Shown here piece after piece: positions 1 to 11,657 of a stretch of DNA of 64,000 nucleotides. Position 1 is the first letter of the stretch, and each line of letters begins with the position of its first letter. Both the position numbers and the translations under genes were made by a program. Origin of the DNA: Eledone cirrhosa (lineage: Eukaryota); assembly GCA_964016885.1 (NCBI GenBank), contig OZ024741.1:158224001-158288000 (forward strand). The letters run 5' to 3'. The notes under the pieces are model-generated. The model searched no databases, was not told the origin of the DNA, and saw only the letters and a program-made list of their open reading frames with translations.

Positions 1-374
1 AATTGCCTCTGCTTCCAATATAATTTTAAATTAGAACGTTTTATCTTACATATACCATCTTAATGAATTTATAATTTTTGTGAATCTTTCCCAAATTCTT
101 CATTAATTAATTAAAATACAAAGTATTTCATTAGAAGTTTGGTAATGAAAGGACTAATGTGAAAAAGCAAATGTAGATATGAGGATGATGACATGAGCAC
201 AATGTACTTTAGCAAATACTTTGGAGTCTTGCTATCTCCCGCCTCTCTCTTCCCCTCTCTCTTTCCCCTTCTCTCTTTCTCTCCTCTCTTTCCCCCCTCT
301 CCTTTCATCTCTCTTCTGTCACTACTTAACTATTTTTTAAAAATGTCTTTACTGTTCATTTCACAATCTCTTAG

Positions 375-616
375 GGTATTATCCAAGGAACAGTTCCCTA
401 TTTAGGTACATTTCTCACTGACCTCACCATGATGGATACAGCAATGCCAGATATCACGGAAAACAGTCAGATTAACTTTGAGAAAAAGCGCAAAGAATTC
501 GAAGTTCTCGCTCAAATCAAACTGCTGCAGTTGGCTGCCCAGATTTATCATTTCAAAGATGACACACAATTTTGGTTATGGTTTGATGCCATCAGAGTTT
601 ATGACGAAAATGAAAG
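375..616 (+). CDS. RGL1: RalGDS/RGL-family Ral GEF, internal exon encoding the C-terminal RasGEF (CDC25) domain; gene begins upstream of the window
   Basis: ttag|GGT acceptor and AG|gtaa donor. Translates [26 protein letters not shown]...[23 protein letters not shown], matching the RalGDS-family [13 protein letters not shown] and INFEKRR motifs. Paralog name is nominal. Confidence 0.95.
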
Positions 617-653
617 GTAAATTTTGCAGTTTTTATTTTCTTATTTCTTGTTT

Positions 654-873
654 TTAACTATTTTGATACCAAACTGCCTCTAGTTTTATGATACAAACCT
701 GATATTTTATAAACAGTCTATTATAATTTTAACTAAAAACCTTTGTTAATTTATACTCCAAACACCAGCTTAATAATGAGAAAGTTATATTACTAAATCC
801 CTCTGAAATCTTCAAAGTTATTTGAAAAGCATAGGTAGTGTCTTTCATTAGAAATTTGTATCAAAAGAGTTAA
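654..873. mobile_element. TTAA-bounded MITE, family A (piggyBac-like termini)
   Basis: ttaactattttgatac...tatcaaaagagttaa. Related copies at ~7961-8435, ~47690-47913, 49760-50006, 51162-51417 and ~53288-53513. Confidence 0.6.
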
Positions 874-930
874 AGTGTTTATATTTATTTAAAAACTTTC
901 CATGCTAATTTTATATCTCTATCATTTTAG

Positions 931-996
931 CCATGAGCTCTCCTGTATGATTGAACCCCCTACAGAGGAAGTCAAAATTAAAAAGAAATCAGCAAG
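931..996 (+). CDS. RGL1: RalGDS/RGL exon, end of RasGEF domain
   Basis: ttttag|C acceptor, AG|gtaagt donor, phase 2-2. (S)HELSCMIEPPTEEVKIKKKSA contains the LSxxIEP motif that ends CDC25 domains. Confidence 0.93.
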
Positions 997-1252
997 GTAA
1001 GTTGTCACATCTTTATTGTTCCACTTATTTTTCACATTCATGCCACACTATCTCATACCCTCTCTTTTCTACATGTAAGATCTCATGCTTTGTTGAAAGT
1101 AATCTTTGCTATTATTGTTAAATAGATGTTAAATGGTGAAGATGATGATGAAAGAAAGCAATATTTAGTTACTGATGTCAAATCCCATTTGCTTTTTACC
1201 CTTCTAAGATTGATAAAATAAAGTACCAATCAAGTACTGATGTGTGCAAAGG

Positions 1253-1300
<48 letters not shown>

Positions 1301-1364
1301 TTTTTGCATCAGCATTACTGTTGGTATTTTAATGTTATTATTACCCTTATTATTACCCTTTCAG

Positions 1365-1488
1365 TCTGGGTCATAAACCAAGCAAGTGGGACACTGCAAA
1401 ACTGCCCCAGTTTGTGTGTACGCATGATGATGGTCTCAGTGTTACTAGTTTATCTGACTCACCAGTTTCTGTGTCAACAGGACCCCTT
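1365..1488 (+). CDS. RGL1: RalGDS/RGL exon, Ser-rich linker
   Basis: tttcag acceptor, CTT|gtaagt donor, phase 2-0. Open frame (S)LGHKPSKWDTAKLPQFVCTHDDGLSVTSLSDSPVSVSTGPL. Confidence 0.8.
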
Positions 1489-1703
1489 GTAAGTACAAAT
1501 TAACATTAACTATTTAAATATCTCATTGAATATAGTAATACTATCCACATCTTTCACCCTTGTACTATTATATACCTGTCCTACTATTATATATCCAATT
1601 AACTAGTATATACAGCTATATACCCAACCTACTGCCATCCTTTTGTTATATACTCCACATATTGTCAATCTTTAGATTTTCTTCTTACTGCTTCTTACCA
1701 CAG

Positions 1704-1959
1704 CTACAATCACTACCACTACTACAATGACTACATACAGACCAGGTCCGAACACAAAGGAACCAAACTCCCACTGTCACTGCGTCCGTCTCTCCTTCTC
1801 TCTCCATCTCTCACTATTATGAACAAATGGGGGCCCACGTACTGGCCGCCCCATAGCATTTCCCCGGAGGATAGTGAGGGACACGCGCTGGAAGAGCCAC
1901 TCCAGCTTGCGAGGCTCATACCTGCGGGTAGCCAACTGTGTGTCGATGGTGATGAGTAA
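1704..1959 (+). CDS. Candidate alternative RalGDS exon (acceptor 1704 or 1741; ends at TAA 1959 or donor after 1955)
   Basis: Pyrimidine tract plus cacag at 1703. GC-richer than flanks. One open frame reachable from donor 996 (via 1704) and from donor 1488 (via 1741). No homology recognised. Confidence 0.4.
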
Positions 1960-2583
1960 GGAGCTGACCCTAGGGCCAAGGACACCAGAAGTCTCCACTG
2001 CTAGACGTCACTACATACCACTAAGCCACTGATGAATCACTTGGCTATAATAAGGCAGTAACCATAACTCTATTTTGCAGCTAGATGCAAAGTAGTGTGC
2101 CTTGACTAAGGTCGTGTTGTTACTGTGTTTTCATAATATAAGGACAATTAAACCACAAAGAGTGGCAGCTTCAATAAGGTAGCTTCCTTTTGATAGCGGA
2201 AAGACCATTGATAAAGGACTAGATAGAGCAACTGGGTTTATATGGTACAACACCAACCAACAAACCCTACCAGCAAAACACTTAGGAATTACATTTACCT
2301 TAAGCTTTGTCTTTCATCCTTACGGACTCGATAAAATAAAATACCAGTCATGCACTAGGGTTGATTTAATTGACTTTCCCCTCCCCCCAAAATGCTGGCC
2401 TTGTGCCTAAAGTAGAAACAAATATTGCACTTTCAAATGGCTCCTCAGAAATGTTTTTGACATGTAAACTGTGACAGACAGACAGAATATGTTCTCACTT
2501 CCTGCATATTCACCACAGAAACACCATCGTTGCACTCAATATGTATACACATGTATACACACCCACCACTTTTTTAAGGCCAT

Positions 2584-2700
2584 CTGTCTGTATATCAAAT
2601 ACCTGTCCATCAGTTAACCACTTGTCTGTATATCAAATACCTATCCATAAATCAACCACCTGTCTGTATATCAAATACCTGTCCATCAGTTAACCTCCTG
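2584..2700. repeat. 38-bp minisatellite, ~3 copies
   Basis: tgtctgtatatcaaatacct recurs at 2585, 2623 and 2661. Confidence 0.85.
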
Positions 2701-4018
2701 TCAGTTAACCATCAATCTACCTGTCAATCCCCTATCTGTATAGCAAGCTTTTACCAATCAACCAAACTACCTGTCAGCCAACCAATATCTATTTATCTAT
2801 CAACATTTATCTGTCACCACCTGATTGTCAAACATTGTTTTCTATGTATCTGACTATTTAGCACTTATCTCAAATGTCTACTTGAATTTAAAAGTACCAA
2901 GTTTTCATGTCTGATTGATGTTGTAGTTGTTGTCATGGTTGTTGAATTTGTTGTTTAGTTTTATTTTGTTAGCTGTAATAGAGTAGAGGTGATTCAGTCT
3001 TTTCAAACATGTTATTTTTATTGGTTTCATATATATGTCAGTGTGTGTGGGTGTGTGTTTTGTATGAATGTGTATGTATGAGTGTATGTATGTATGTATG
3101 AGTGTATGTATGTATGAGTACATGTATGCATTTGACACCTAAATTCTAGTTGGATGGTTTGTCTGGTCTGGTTGTGAATTAGTAAGAAAATTTAAAAAGT
3201 AAATTTCTGATATACATTTAAAATATTGTATTTTACTACCATAATATTGTTCCAATGTCTGTATCCTCTGTATGTTTGTCTGAGTGTGAGGGCATGAGGG
3301 AATGAGAAAAGGAGAAAAACTAGTGTTTGTCAAATGTGTTGAAAGCTATGTTTGAACTGTGACCTTTTCATACTGTAGCTGGCATTATATGTACCTATAT
3401 GCTAGTCATAGACTATTCTGTCTTTCTGCAGGGATGGGGGTTGTCTGTCTATCTATCTACCTTTATATCTATTTATCTCTCTATCCATCCATCCACACAC
3501 ACACACACACACAGCTTAGTAATGAGAGTGGCAAAAATGAGTACTTGGTACCATAGTAGAGATTAAAATATTCTTTATTAAGGCCAAGCTTGAGTCTTGT
3601 TCCTGTGTACTCACAGGGTCGTCTGTGAGGAAAAAAATGAAAAAATTCTGCTATAGTGTGGGTAAAAAAAAAAAAAGATATTCCTGGTAGCATCAATGTT
3701 ACTCAGCATAGCTGGAAGGAGTTAATATGTACTTCTCAGAGAGATTCAGAAAGGCGCCGATGTTGTTATTTCTAGTCCAAAGACAATGAATCAGCAGAAT
3801 TATTAGAATATTAATCAGAATGCTTTGCAGTATTTGTTCCGGCTATCTACACACTGAGTTTAAATCTTGCCAAAGCTAACTTTGCCGTCCATTTTTCTAT
3901 GTACTGATAAAATAAAATACCAGTCAAATACTGGGTCAATTTACTCAACTTTCTACTTATCCTCACCCTCCCTTAAATTGCTGGCCTTGTGTCTAAATTA
4001 TATGCCATTATTTCTTAT

Positions 4019-4069
4019 GGCATCTGACTTCGAATCAGAGGATTGTGAGTTCGAGTCTCGTTGTGGTCG
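4019..4069 (+). pseudogene. 5'-truncated tRNA-Arg(TCG) copy
   Basis: Anticodon arm TCTGA-CT-TCG-AA-TCAGA (anticodon 4030-4032), T-arm GTGAG-TTCGAGT-CTCGT and 3' acceptor strand TGTGGTCG. D-arm and 5' acceptor strand are absent. Confidence 0.8.
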
Positions 4070-4085
4070 CAATAGGAGAAATTTT

Positions 4086-4280
4086 AGGGCGGTGGATTGG
4101 CAGTATCAGTAGAGAGTCGGACACCATGCTTTGAAGCATAGAGTTACGTCCCTTTATGATCTGAGTTCAAATCCCGCCGAGGTTAACTTTGCCTTTCATC
4201 CTTACAGGGTCGATAAAATAAAGTATCAGTAATGTACTGGGTAATTGCTGGCCTTGTGCCAAAAATAGAAACAATTATTT
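4086..4280 (+). mobile_element. tRNA-derived SINE family 1 (Nin/Deu-like central domain, ATT tail)
   Basis: A-box-like head, GAGTTCAAATCCC B-box and GCCTTTCATCCTTAC...GGTCGATAAAATAAAGTACCAG core. Many copies: ~2300-2425, 3790-4010, 10270-10490, 10612-10728, 14030-14250, 14591-14700(-), 15610-15790, 21690-21880, 41720-41830(-), 53727-53835, 54478-54696, 55810-56030, 58822-58995. Confidence 0.85.
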
Positions 4281-4701
4281 CTTATCCGATTAACAGCTGA
4301 TGAAGAGAATGCACTATAAGCTATGTGTATGTATGTTTGTCTGTGTATGTCTGTGTGTATGTGTGTGTAATAAAAAATAGTTTTCGAAAAGGGAATGGAA
4401 GGGAACCACAGTTAAATAATTCCCAATGTTTTCAAATAAATTACACACACTCGTACATATACATGAATTTTATATATATATGCCCAATGTATATGTTTGT
4501 ATTGGTGGACTGGTATGGTTATGTATTTAGTCCTACACTATTTGTTCATTTATCTATCTGTCTGCAAAAGCATCAGTTTATCTATATACCTATCTATACA
4601 GCTGTTTATTGTGTGTGTGTGTGCGTATATGTGTATTTATGTGTATGTAAGCAATCCTCCATTCTTATTTTATTTGTGCATTCACCTCAAGCATAATTGA
4701 T

Positions 4702-5220
4702 TTAATAATAATGAAATTGTGTACAGTGCTCAGGTGCACTACAACTCATCAAAGGTGCATGTATAGTACATAGAATAATGTACAAATGTACAAATGTCAG
4801 GAAAATGAACAGTGTACGAGTCATGATATAATAATAACAATAATGAAATATTGTGTACAGTGCCCAGGTGCACCACAACTCATCAAAAAAGTGCATGTAC
4901 AGTACATAGGGCAATGCACAAACATCAGTAAAATGAACAGTGCACGAGTCATGATACACACATGTGTGCATGTGTATGGAAGGGGTACATCAGGTGTAGT
5001 TTTGGCGTATTTCGGGAAGCATGAGTGTCTTAAAGGATGCAGTGTCTCGGCAGCTAACAATTGACGCAGGCAGTTTGTTCCATGCTTCAGCAACTCTGAG
5101 CGTGAAAAAATGTCTACGAAAGTCATTGGAGCTGTGCTGTTTTCTGATCTTGTAGGCATGTCCATGTGTGTTAGACACATGGAGATCAAAGAGGCGCTCA
5201 GGGTTGCAATTGGCGAGATG
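4702..5220 (-). mobile_element. CR1-type LINE 3' fragment with tandemly duplicated 3' UTR
   Basis: Reverse complement matches 27495-27860. Encodes [13 protein letters not shown]...[17 protein letters not shown] (CR1-type ORF2 C-terminus). The 3' UTR with ATT tail occurs twice (~4702-4825 and ~4826-4970). Confidence 0.8.
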
Positions 5221-5267
5221 TTTTTTTTTTTTTTTATCTACACAAACGAAAATTAATTTATCTTCTC

Positions 5268-5314
<47 letters not shown>

Positions 5315-5320
5315 TGTGTA

Positions 5321-5362
<42 letters not shown>

Positions 5363-5368
5363 TGTGTA

Positions 5369-5422
<54 letters not shown>

Positions 5423-5425
5423 TGT

Positions 5426-5459
<34 letters not shown>

Positions 5460-5518
5460 ATATGTGTATATATATATATATATAAATATGTGTATGTGTA
5501 TATATATATATATATCTA

Positions 5519-5560
<42 letters not shown>

Positions 5561-5564
5561 AGTA

Positions 5565-5790
5565 CCCAGCCCACACTGTAAAGTGGTCGTGTAGGTGTCA
5601 CAACTAAATGCACCCCACCACACACTGTAAATGTGGTAGGCATTAGGAAGGGAATCCAGCTGAGGAAACCCAGCCAGAAACAGTTCTATATGAGCAAGAC
5701 ACGGTCACCTGACCCAACTTGCCTCTAAAGGGACAAACCCGTCTAACACATGCTAGCATGGAAAATAGATGTTAAACGATGATGATGATG
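5565..5790 (+). mobile_element. RTE-related 3' tail / SINE fragment with (GAT)n tail
   Basis: ggttggtgttaggaagggcatccagc...gttaaacgatgatgat motif. Also at 11993-12150, 12573-12730(-), 26955-27085, 39765-39918(-), 46585-46756, 59440-59590(-) and 63112-63270(-). Confidence 0.75.
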
Positions 5791-5980
5791 TGTGCAATTC
5801 AGTAGCCATGCCTCCACATGTCAACCACATTAGCTAGTTATTTTCATGCCATTGTACAGGTAAAAAAAAACAGAACCTGTTGCTATTTATATATTATGAC
5901 AAGAATATGTTAATTTCTACAAACAAATCTCTCTCTCATGCACACACAGACCTCTGTATGAATGTATGTATATATATATA

Positions 5981-6014
<34 letters not shown>

Positions 6015-8093
6015 ATATGTTTATATTTTTTGTATTTTGTTTTTCATTATTTACATATTTTTTATTTTCCTCATCATTCCTACTGTTTTTTTTTTGTTTT
6101 TTTTTCCACCTGACAGACTGAGAGACACCTTTTATAAACAACTGTGTCATCTTACAATTTGTCACCATTCCTAATACTTGTATAGCCCATTTAAATTGAA
6201 TGTCTGTATCTGTTGTGTTACGTTACAGAGCTTACTCTCTGTTGATACTCTTGTGTTTTGCAATTGTGATTAATCAATTAAAAACCTCAGAGTTGCTACA
6301 GAGTATAATCTCAATAAGATGATAAATAAATATATATTAGACTCTTTGGTATGGAGCACTCAAGTTTGCAAGTCCAAACATACATGTATCTAATTATCTA
6401 TCCATTTATATATACATATATAGATAGATGTTGTGTGTGTGGGAGAGAGAGGGGTAAATAAATTTTACAGGACTAGAACTGTTTCGTTTGTTTAAAATCA
6501 TCAGTCCTGATGTACCGCACGGTTAAACCACTGGGAGAGAAGGACCCCTAGCCTTTGTCAGGGCATTCTTCTAGGAGAAGGCAACTCAGGAAACTGGGAT
6601 AACTCTGATATAAAACCTGCGGCTCAGTAGTTACCGATGATGATGATCTTTTCTTCTTTTTGGGTTATAGCTACTGTCCCTCAGAGAGTGGGATTGGCTC
6701 AGTCTTTCCTCACTTTAAAAAATATCTTCATGCACAGGCATTGCACGATAGAATTAATTAATAATTATTAATAATGGTATAACTTGCAATGGCCATACTC
6801 GATAACGAGGGGGCAGCCATCATATATATATATATAAGTAAACAAGGTATCGTAAAGTTAATCCAAGTAGAGGTTATATATATTTATGATATTAGAACGA
6901 AGCTATCGAATAGGACCGATACATCTTTGGTTGTTTTCTCACTCACTCAATTTAATTAAGTCAGTATCATTAAGACACCAACCCAAGAAAATTAGAGTGG
7001 ACATTTATATGTCAATTAGTGAGAAAAGCGATTTCATGTGGGTAGAAAATTTGATTTCCGACCATGGACCTATGCATTAGTTTCTGCATTTCCATCTGCT
7101 AGTGGCAGTCCAAATGGAACTACTGTGCACAGAAATTAGGTAATTTTAATGAACATTACGTAATTGGCTAAGAGTCACATTTTCAGTGGGGTTGGCCTCT
7201 CTGGAACAGATAGTTCAGATCAGCTAACCACATATTACACTGATGGACTGATTCTCTCTCTCACACACATATATATATATTATATGATTACTATAGAATC
7301 TCTACAAACCATACATTTGCGGCATGTTGTTTAATGAATGCTGGAATATTATGATTTTTTTTTTTTGTATGGAGGTTGTATCTGCATGATTGCTTTTCAC
7401 ACCTGTGAATTATATGTATATGCAGTCACTCATTAAAACAGTCATAAACCCACCCACCATACACACACATGCATATGAAATGCTGCATGTATGCATCTCA
7501 GTGTATCTGTGTGCAATAGCACAATGTGCATGTGTTCATGTGAATGTTTAGTTTGTTGTTTCTGTAGTTGTTACAATTACAGTGCAAGCATGCACTAAAA
7601 TGCACTGAAGCACTTTTTTAATTAACTTTACAATGAAGGTTTTGTTTGTTGGTTAGACAGGTCTTGTTTTTAATTTTGTTGCAGCTACACAGTACATGCA
7701 TTGATGCCATTTATATAGAAACTGGAAAATTACTTTTTTTTTTTTTTTTTTTTTTTGGTTATTGTAAACATGGTGTAAATTGTTGAGAAAAGCTTTAGGC
7801 TAGACACCAAGCCAAATAGTGCAGGGATTGGATAGATGAGCTTTATAAAGTAGATACCAGTAATATATTGGCCCAGTTAAGTCAACTATACACCTTGCTC
7901 ACATTTTAGTGAAGAACATTTATTTTAGTCTAACTATATTAAGCTAAAACAAAATCTTTATTAACCCTTTTGATACCAACACTCCTGAAACTTCCCTGGA
8001 TTTATGATACAAAATTGTTTCTTTTTAAACTGCGTATATTAAATCTTTTCATTATAATTCTATTTTAGAAATTTTTGTGAAGTGATATTCTAA

Positions 8094-8258
8094 ATTGTTA
8101 TATTTGGAGAGGGTCATGTTGTCCTAATACCCCCCCCCCCCCAATATAGTAAAACACCCCCACTGTTTGGTTTGGTTTTCACTTCAGTATATCTTTATAT
8201 TTCTATAAATAATTTAGCTGGCAATATTAGAACAACATGACCCTCCCCAATTATAACA
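8094..8258. mobile_element. Foldback MITE nested in a TTAA MITE
   Basis: Arms tgttatatttggagagggtcatgttg / caacatgaccctccccaattataaca. Same family as the hairpin at 33643-33745. Confidence 0.65.
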
Positions 8259-8579
8259 CTATCTGTTTCAACACATGATTTCATATAAAAAAAATCTTGC
8301 AAAACAAATACATTGCTGATGTTCTAAATATTAACTTCCCAAAGAAAAACTTGAATTCCTCTAAATATTTGGTTACTTTCAAAATTATTTGAAAATTATT
8401 TGAAAATCTGTGTCTTTTATTTATGAAAGAGTTAAGCTTAATTCTCATCAGCCCAGTCTCTCTATAAACAAGCACCATAGTGAGATGCAGCTACAAGCTG
8501 TGTTAGTACTGGTGCTGGTGGCTTTATAATTGTTGTGTCAAAAGATGTCTTAGATGGAATGTAATTAACTTCCTTTGGT

Positions 8580-8905
8580 TTCAACAATGAGTGTTCCAGT
8601 TGCTCTTTTCAGTGGAACAGCCTGCTCATGAAATTAATGTGTAAATGGCTAATCATTTCAGACACATGTACACTTAACTTAATTCTCAGGGAGATTCAGC
8701 ATGACACAGTGAGTGACAAGGCTGTCCCTTTGAATTACCTGTGCAGTCAAGCAGGCTTCCAAACAGTTTCGGTCTACCCAGTTTCACTCACAAGGCATGG
8801 GTCAACCTGAGGCTATGGTAGAAGACACCTGCCCAAGATGCCATGCCAGGAGAGCAAACCTGTGACCTAATGATTAAGAAGTGAACTTCTTAACCATTTG
8901 GCCAT
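8580..8905 (-). mobile_element. tRNA-derived SINE family 3 (CORE-like domain)
   Basis: Reverse complement resembles + copies at ~24455-24620, 24865-25160, 43255-43545, 55580-55705 and 58475-58795 (ggttaag...cacaatc...gggttcaatccc...cttgggcaagtgt...gacagaaactg). Confidence 0.6.
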
Positions 8906-9112
8906 TTGGCCACCCCTCCCCATCATATTCAAATATATACAACAGACCCCAAAATTCCACACCATAAAAGTGTCACCCTCTGTTTTCCCTCCAGCTGTGC
9001 TACTGCTCACCCCCTCACCCCTCAAAAAAAATTAAAAAAAATAAAAATAAAAATACCACCACACTGACTGGGATCAAGTTGACATTTTGTATTTTGAACA
9101 TGTAATTTTTAG

Positions 9113-9268
9113 GTTGGCTTGAGTTGCCTTAACAGTGATCTGGAGATGAGGACATCGGTGAAAAGTGAAGCAGTCAAGTACAGTGCATGTTTCCCCCTTG
9201 TTGTATCACTGCTGCCAACTAAAGTGGCCAATGGGAGTCCCGTGCCACAAAACCCTGCTGTCACAAAG
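9113..9268 (+). CDS. Candidate symmetric cassette exon of RalGDS linker (52 codons)
   Basis: tttttag|GTT ... AAG|gtagtt, phase 0-0. Open frame VGLSCLNSDLEMRTSVKSEAVKYSACFPLVVSLLPTKVANGSPVPQNPAVTK fits between 1488 and 13766. Confidence 0.5.
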
Positions 9269-11069
9269 GTAGTTTTTATCCCTTCTTTGGTGTCTCAATG
9301 TTGTCAGTATTGAGTGCCAACACTTACACATGTGTATCTGCTTCTGTGTGTATCTATATGCATGTGTATCTGTTTGTCTGTGTATCTGTCTGTATATCTG
9401 CCTCTGTGAGTGTCTGTGAATGTGTATCTGTTTGTCTGAGTATCTGCCTCTGAGTGTGTGTGTGTCTGTGAGTGTGCTTGTGAATGTGTGTTTGTGTTTC
9501 TGTGTTTATATTAATGTGTACTTCCATAAATGTAGGTGTATCCGTGATAATGTGAATGCGTGTGTGTCTGTTTATATATGAAAGTGGCAACATGGGTAAG
9601 TTGTCATGGTACCACCCTATATATATATAGTAGCTTTCTTTACCATGGGTTCAAATTATTCTATAGGTATTGTTTTCTATCTTTGGACCAAGACACAGAA
9701 TTTAATTTAACTCAATTTGCCTAGCTGTGGAAAATATGGAAAATATGTAGTCAGACTTTCTAGGTTACAATGAAGCCCTTCAGTTTTATAATGTGATAAA
9801 AAAAAGTCTGTTGGCAAAAACAGAAGCAGCTACTGTCAAATAGAAAGTACTTAATACACACACACACACAGACACACACACACACAGACACACACACACA
9901 CCCACACACACACACACACATACACACACACACACACGCACACCATGTCAGATTTTGAGGCTTGACAGTTCAGATGACCACATGTTCTAGTTTGGCATGG
10001 TTTCTACAGTTGGCTGCCTTTCCTAATGCCAACCACTTTATAGTATGTAGTGTGTGTGTTTTATCATGGAACCAATGCTACCACTTTACAGAGTGGGTTG
10101 GATGCATTTAATCCTGGTTCGAGCACCAACAGTTGCTGAAGGCACTTGGTACATTTTATCATGGCACCAGCATCACCAGTTGTAGAGTGCACCGGGTGCA
10201 TTCCAGTGTAGCATTAACACTATATGTGTGTATTAGCTAATATCAAGATAGTTTATTATATGACACCACGAGGGCAATGGATTGGTAGAATCAGCTGAGT
10301 GCCTGACAACATGCTTTGCAGAATAGAGTTACGGCCCTTTACGATCTAAGTTCAAATCCCGCCAAGGTTAACTTTGCCTTTCATCCTTACAGGGTCGATG
10401 AAATAAAGTACCAGCCATGCACTGGGGTCAATTTAATCGACTTTCTCTTCACCCTCAAAAATTGCTGGCCTTGTGCCTAAATCAGAAACCATTACATGAC
10501 ACCACTTTATAATGGTTTCTTGAAGTAAGAATTTAATTTCAACTTGTTTTGTATATTAGACTCAATGAATCCAGATTTACTGGGGAGGCTAAGATGTTAC
10601 CATTATGTACACGATCTGAGTTCAAATCCCGCCAAGGTTGACTTTGCCTTTCATCCTTACGGGGTCGATAAAATAAAGTACCAGTAATGCACTGGGTAAT
10701 TGCTGGCCTTGTGCCTAAAGTAGAAACAATTATGTACATTCCATTCCTAGAACCATAAGCAACATTAGTGATAATTCAGATTGGCTTCAAGCTAGTCTTC
10801 ATGTAATGCTTACCTTTAACTATTCACCACTAACAAAACTGCTGTAATTACTAACAATATATCAACTAACTAATTAATACTTACTAATAATTAACATTAA
10901 ATAATACATAATGATTATACTGTTTACAGTATCCTTTTGTTTGATTTATATTTTTGCAATTAACAGCTTTTGTGCGTTTTTTATTATTTTTTGTGCTTTT
11001 GAATCTGCTTGTGTTTGTCATTTGATCAAGTTGTTTCAGATTCTCTGTTTCACTCAGATTCACTGACCA

Positions 11070-11490
11070 TATATACATATATATATATTATACATTTATA
11101 TTATATATATATATATATATTATACATTTATATTATATATATATATTATACATTTATATTATATATATATATTATACATTTATATTATATATATATATTA
11201 TACATTTATATTATATATATATATATATATTATACATTTATATTATATATATATATATATATTATACATTTATATTATATATATATATTATACATTTATA
11301 TTATATATATATATTATACATTTATATTATATATATATATATATATTATACATTTATATTATATATATATATATATATTATACATTTATATTATATATAT
11401 ATATTATACATTTATATTATATATATATATTATACATTTATATTATATATTATATTATATATATATATTATACATTTATATTATATTATA
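11070..11490. repeat. AT-rich compound minisatellite (TTATACATTTATAT plus variable (AT)n)
   Basis: More than 15 visible iterations of ttatacatttatattata(ta)n. Confidence 0.9.
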
Positions 11491-11621
11491 AGTGTGAAAA
11501 GCAAACAGACAAAATTTACCGAATTTTTTCTTGTAACCCTGAAAGAATTAAATAGATAATCAATTAATCCGAGCTATATATGCAATTATAAGTGTGAAGA
11601 AAAAATAGACAAACATTTAAC

Positions 11622-11657
<36 letters not shown>

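Noticed and set aside
111-405. ORFs 111-308 and 193-405
   Set aside because: Derived from the CT-rich polypyrimidine tract upstream of the RalGDS exon at 375.
5260-5560. Long YI/IY/HT-repeat ORFs (also 11009-11491, 25794-26509, 33492-33941, 39316-39813)
   Set aside because: Translations of (TA)n/(CA)n microsatellites, which lack stops by composition.
6515-6815. GC-richer segment similar to 19040-19260
   Set aside because: Two diverged copies indicate a dispersed repeat (possibly a LINE 5' region); no exon signals, and it could not be classified.
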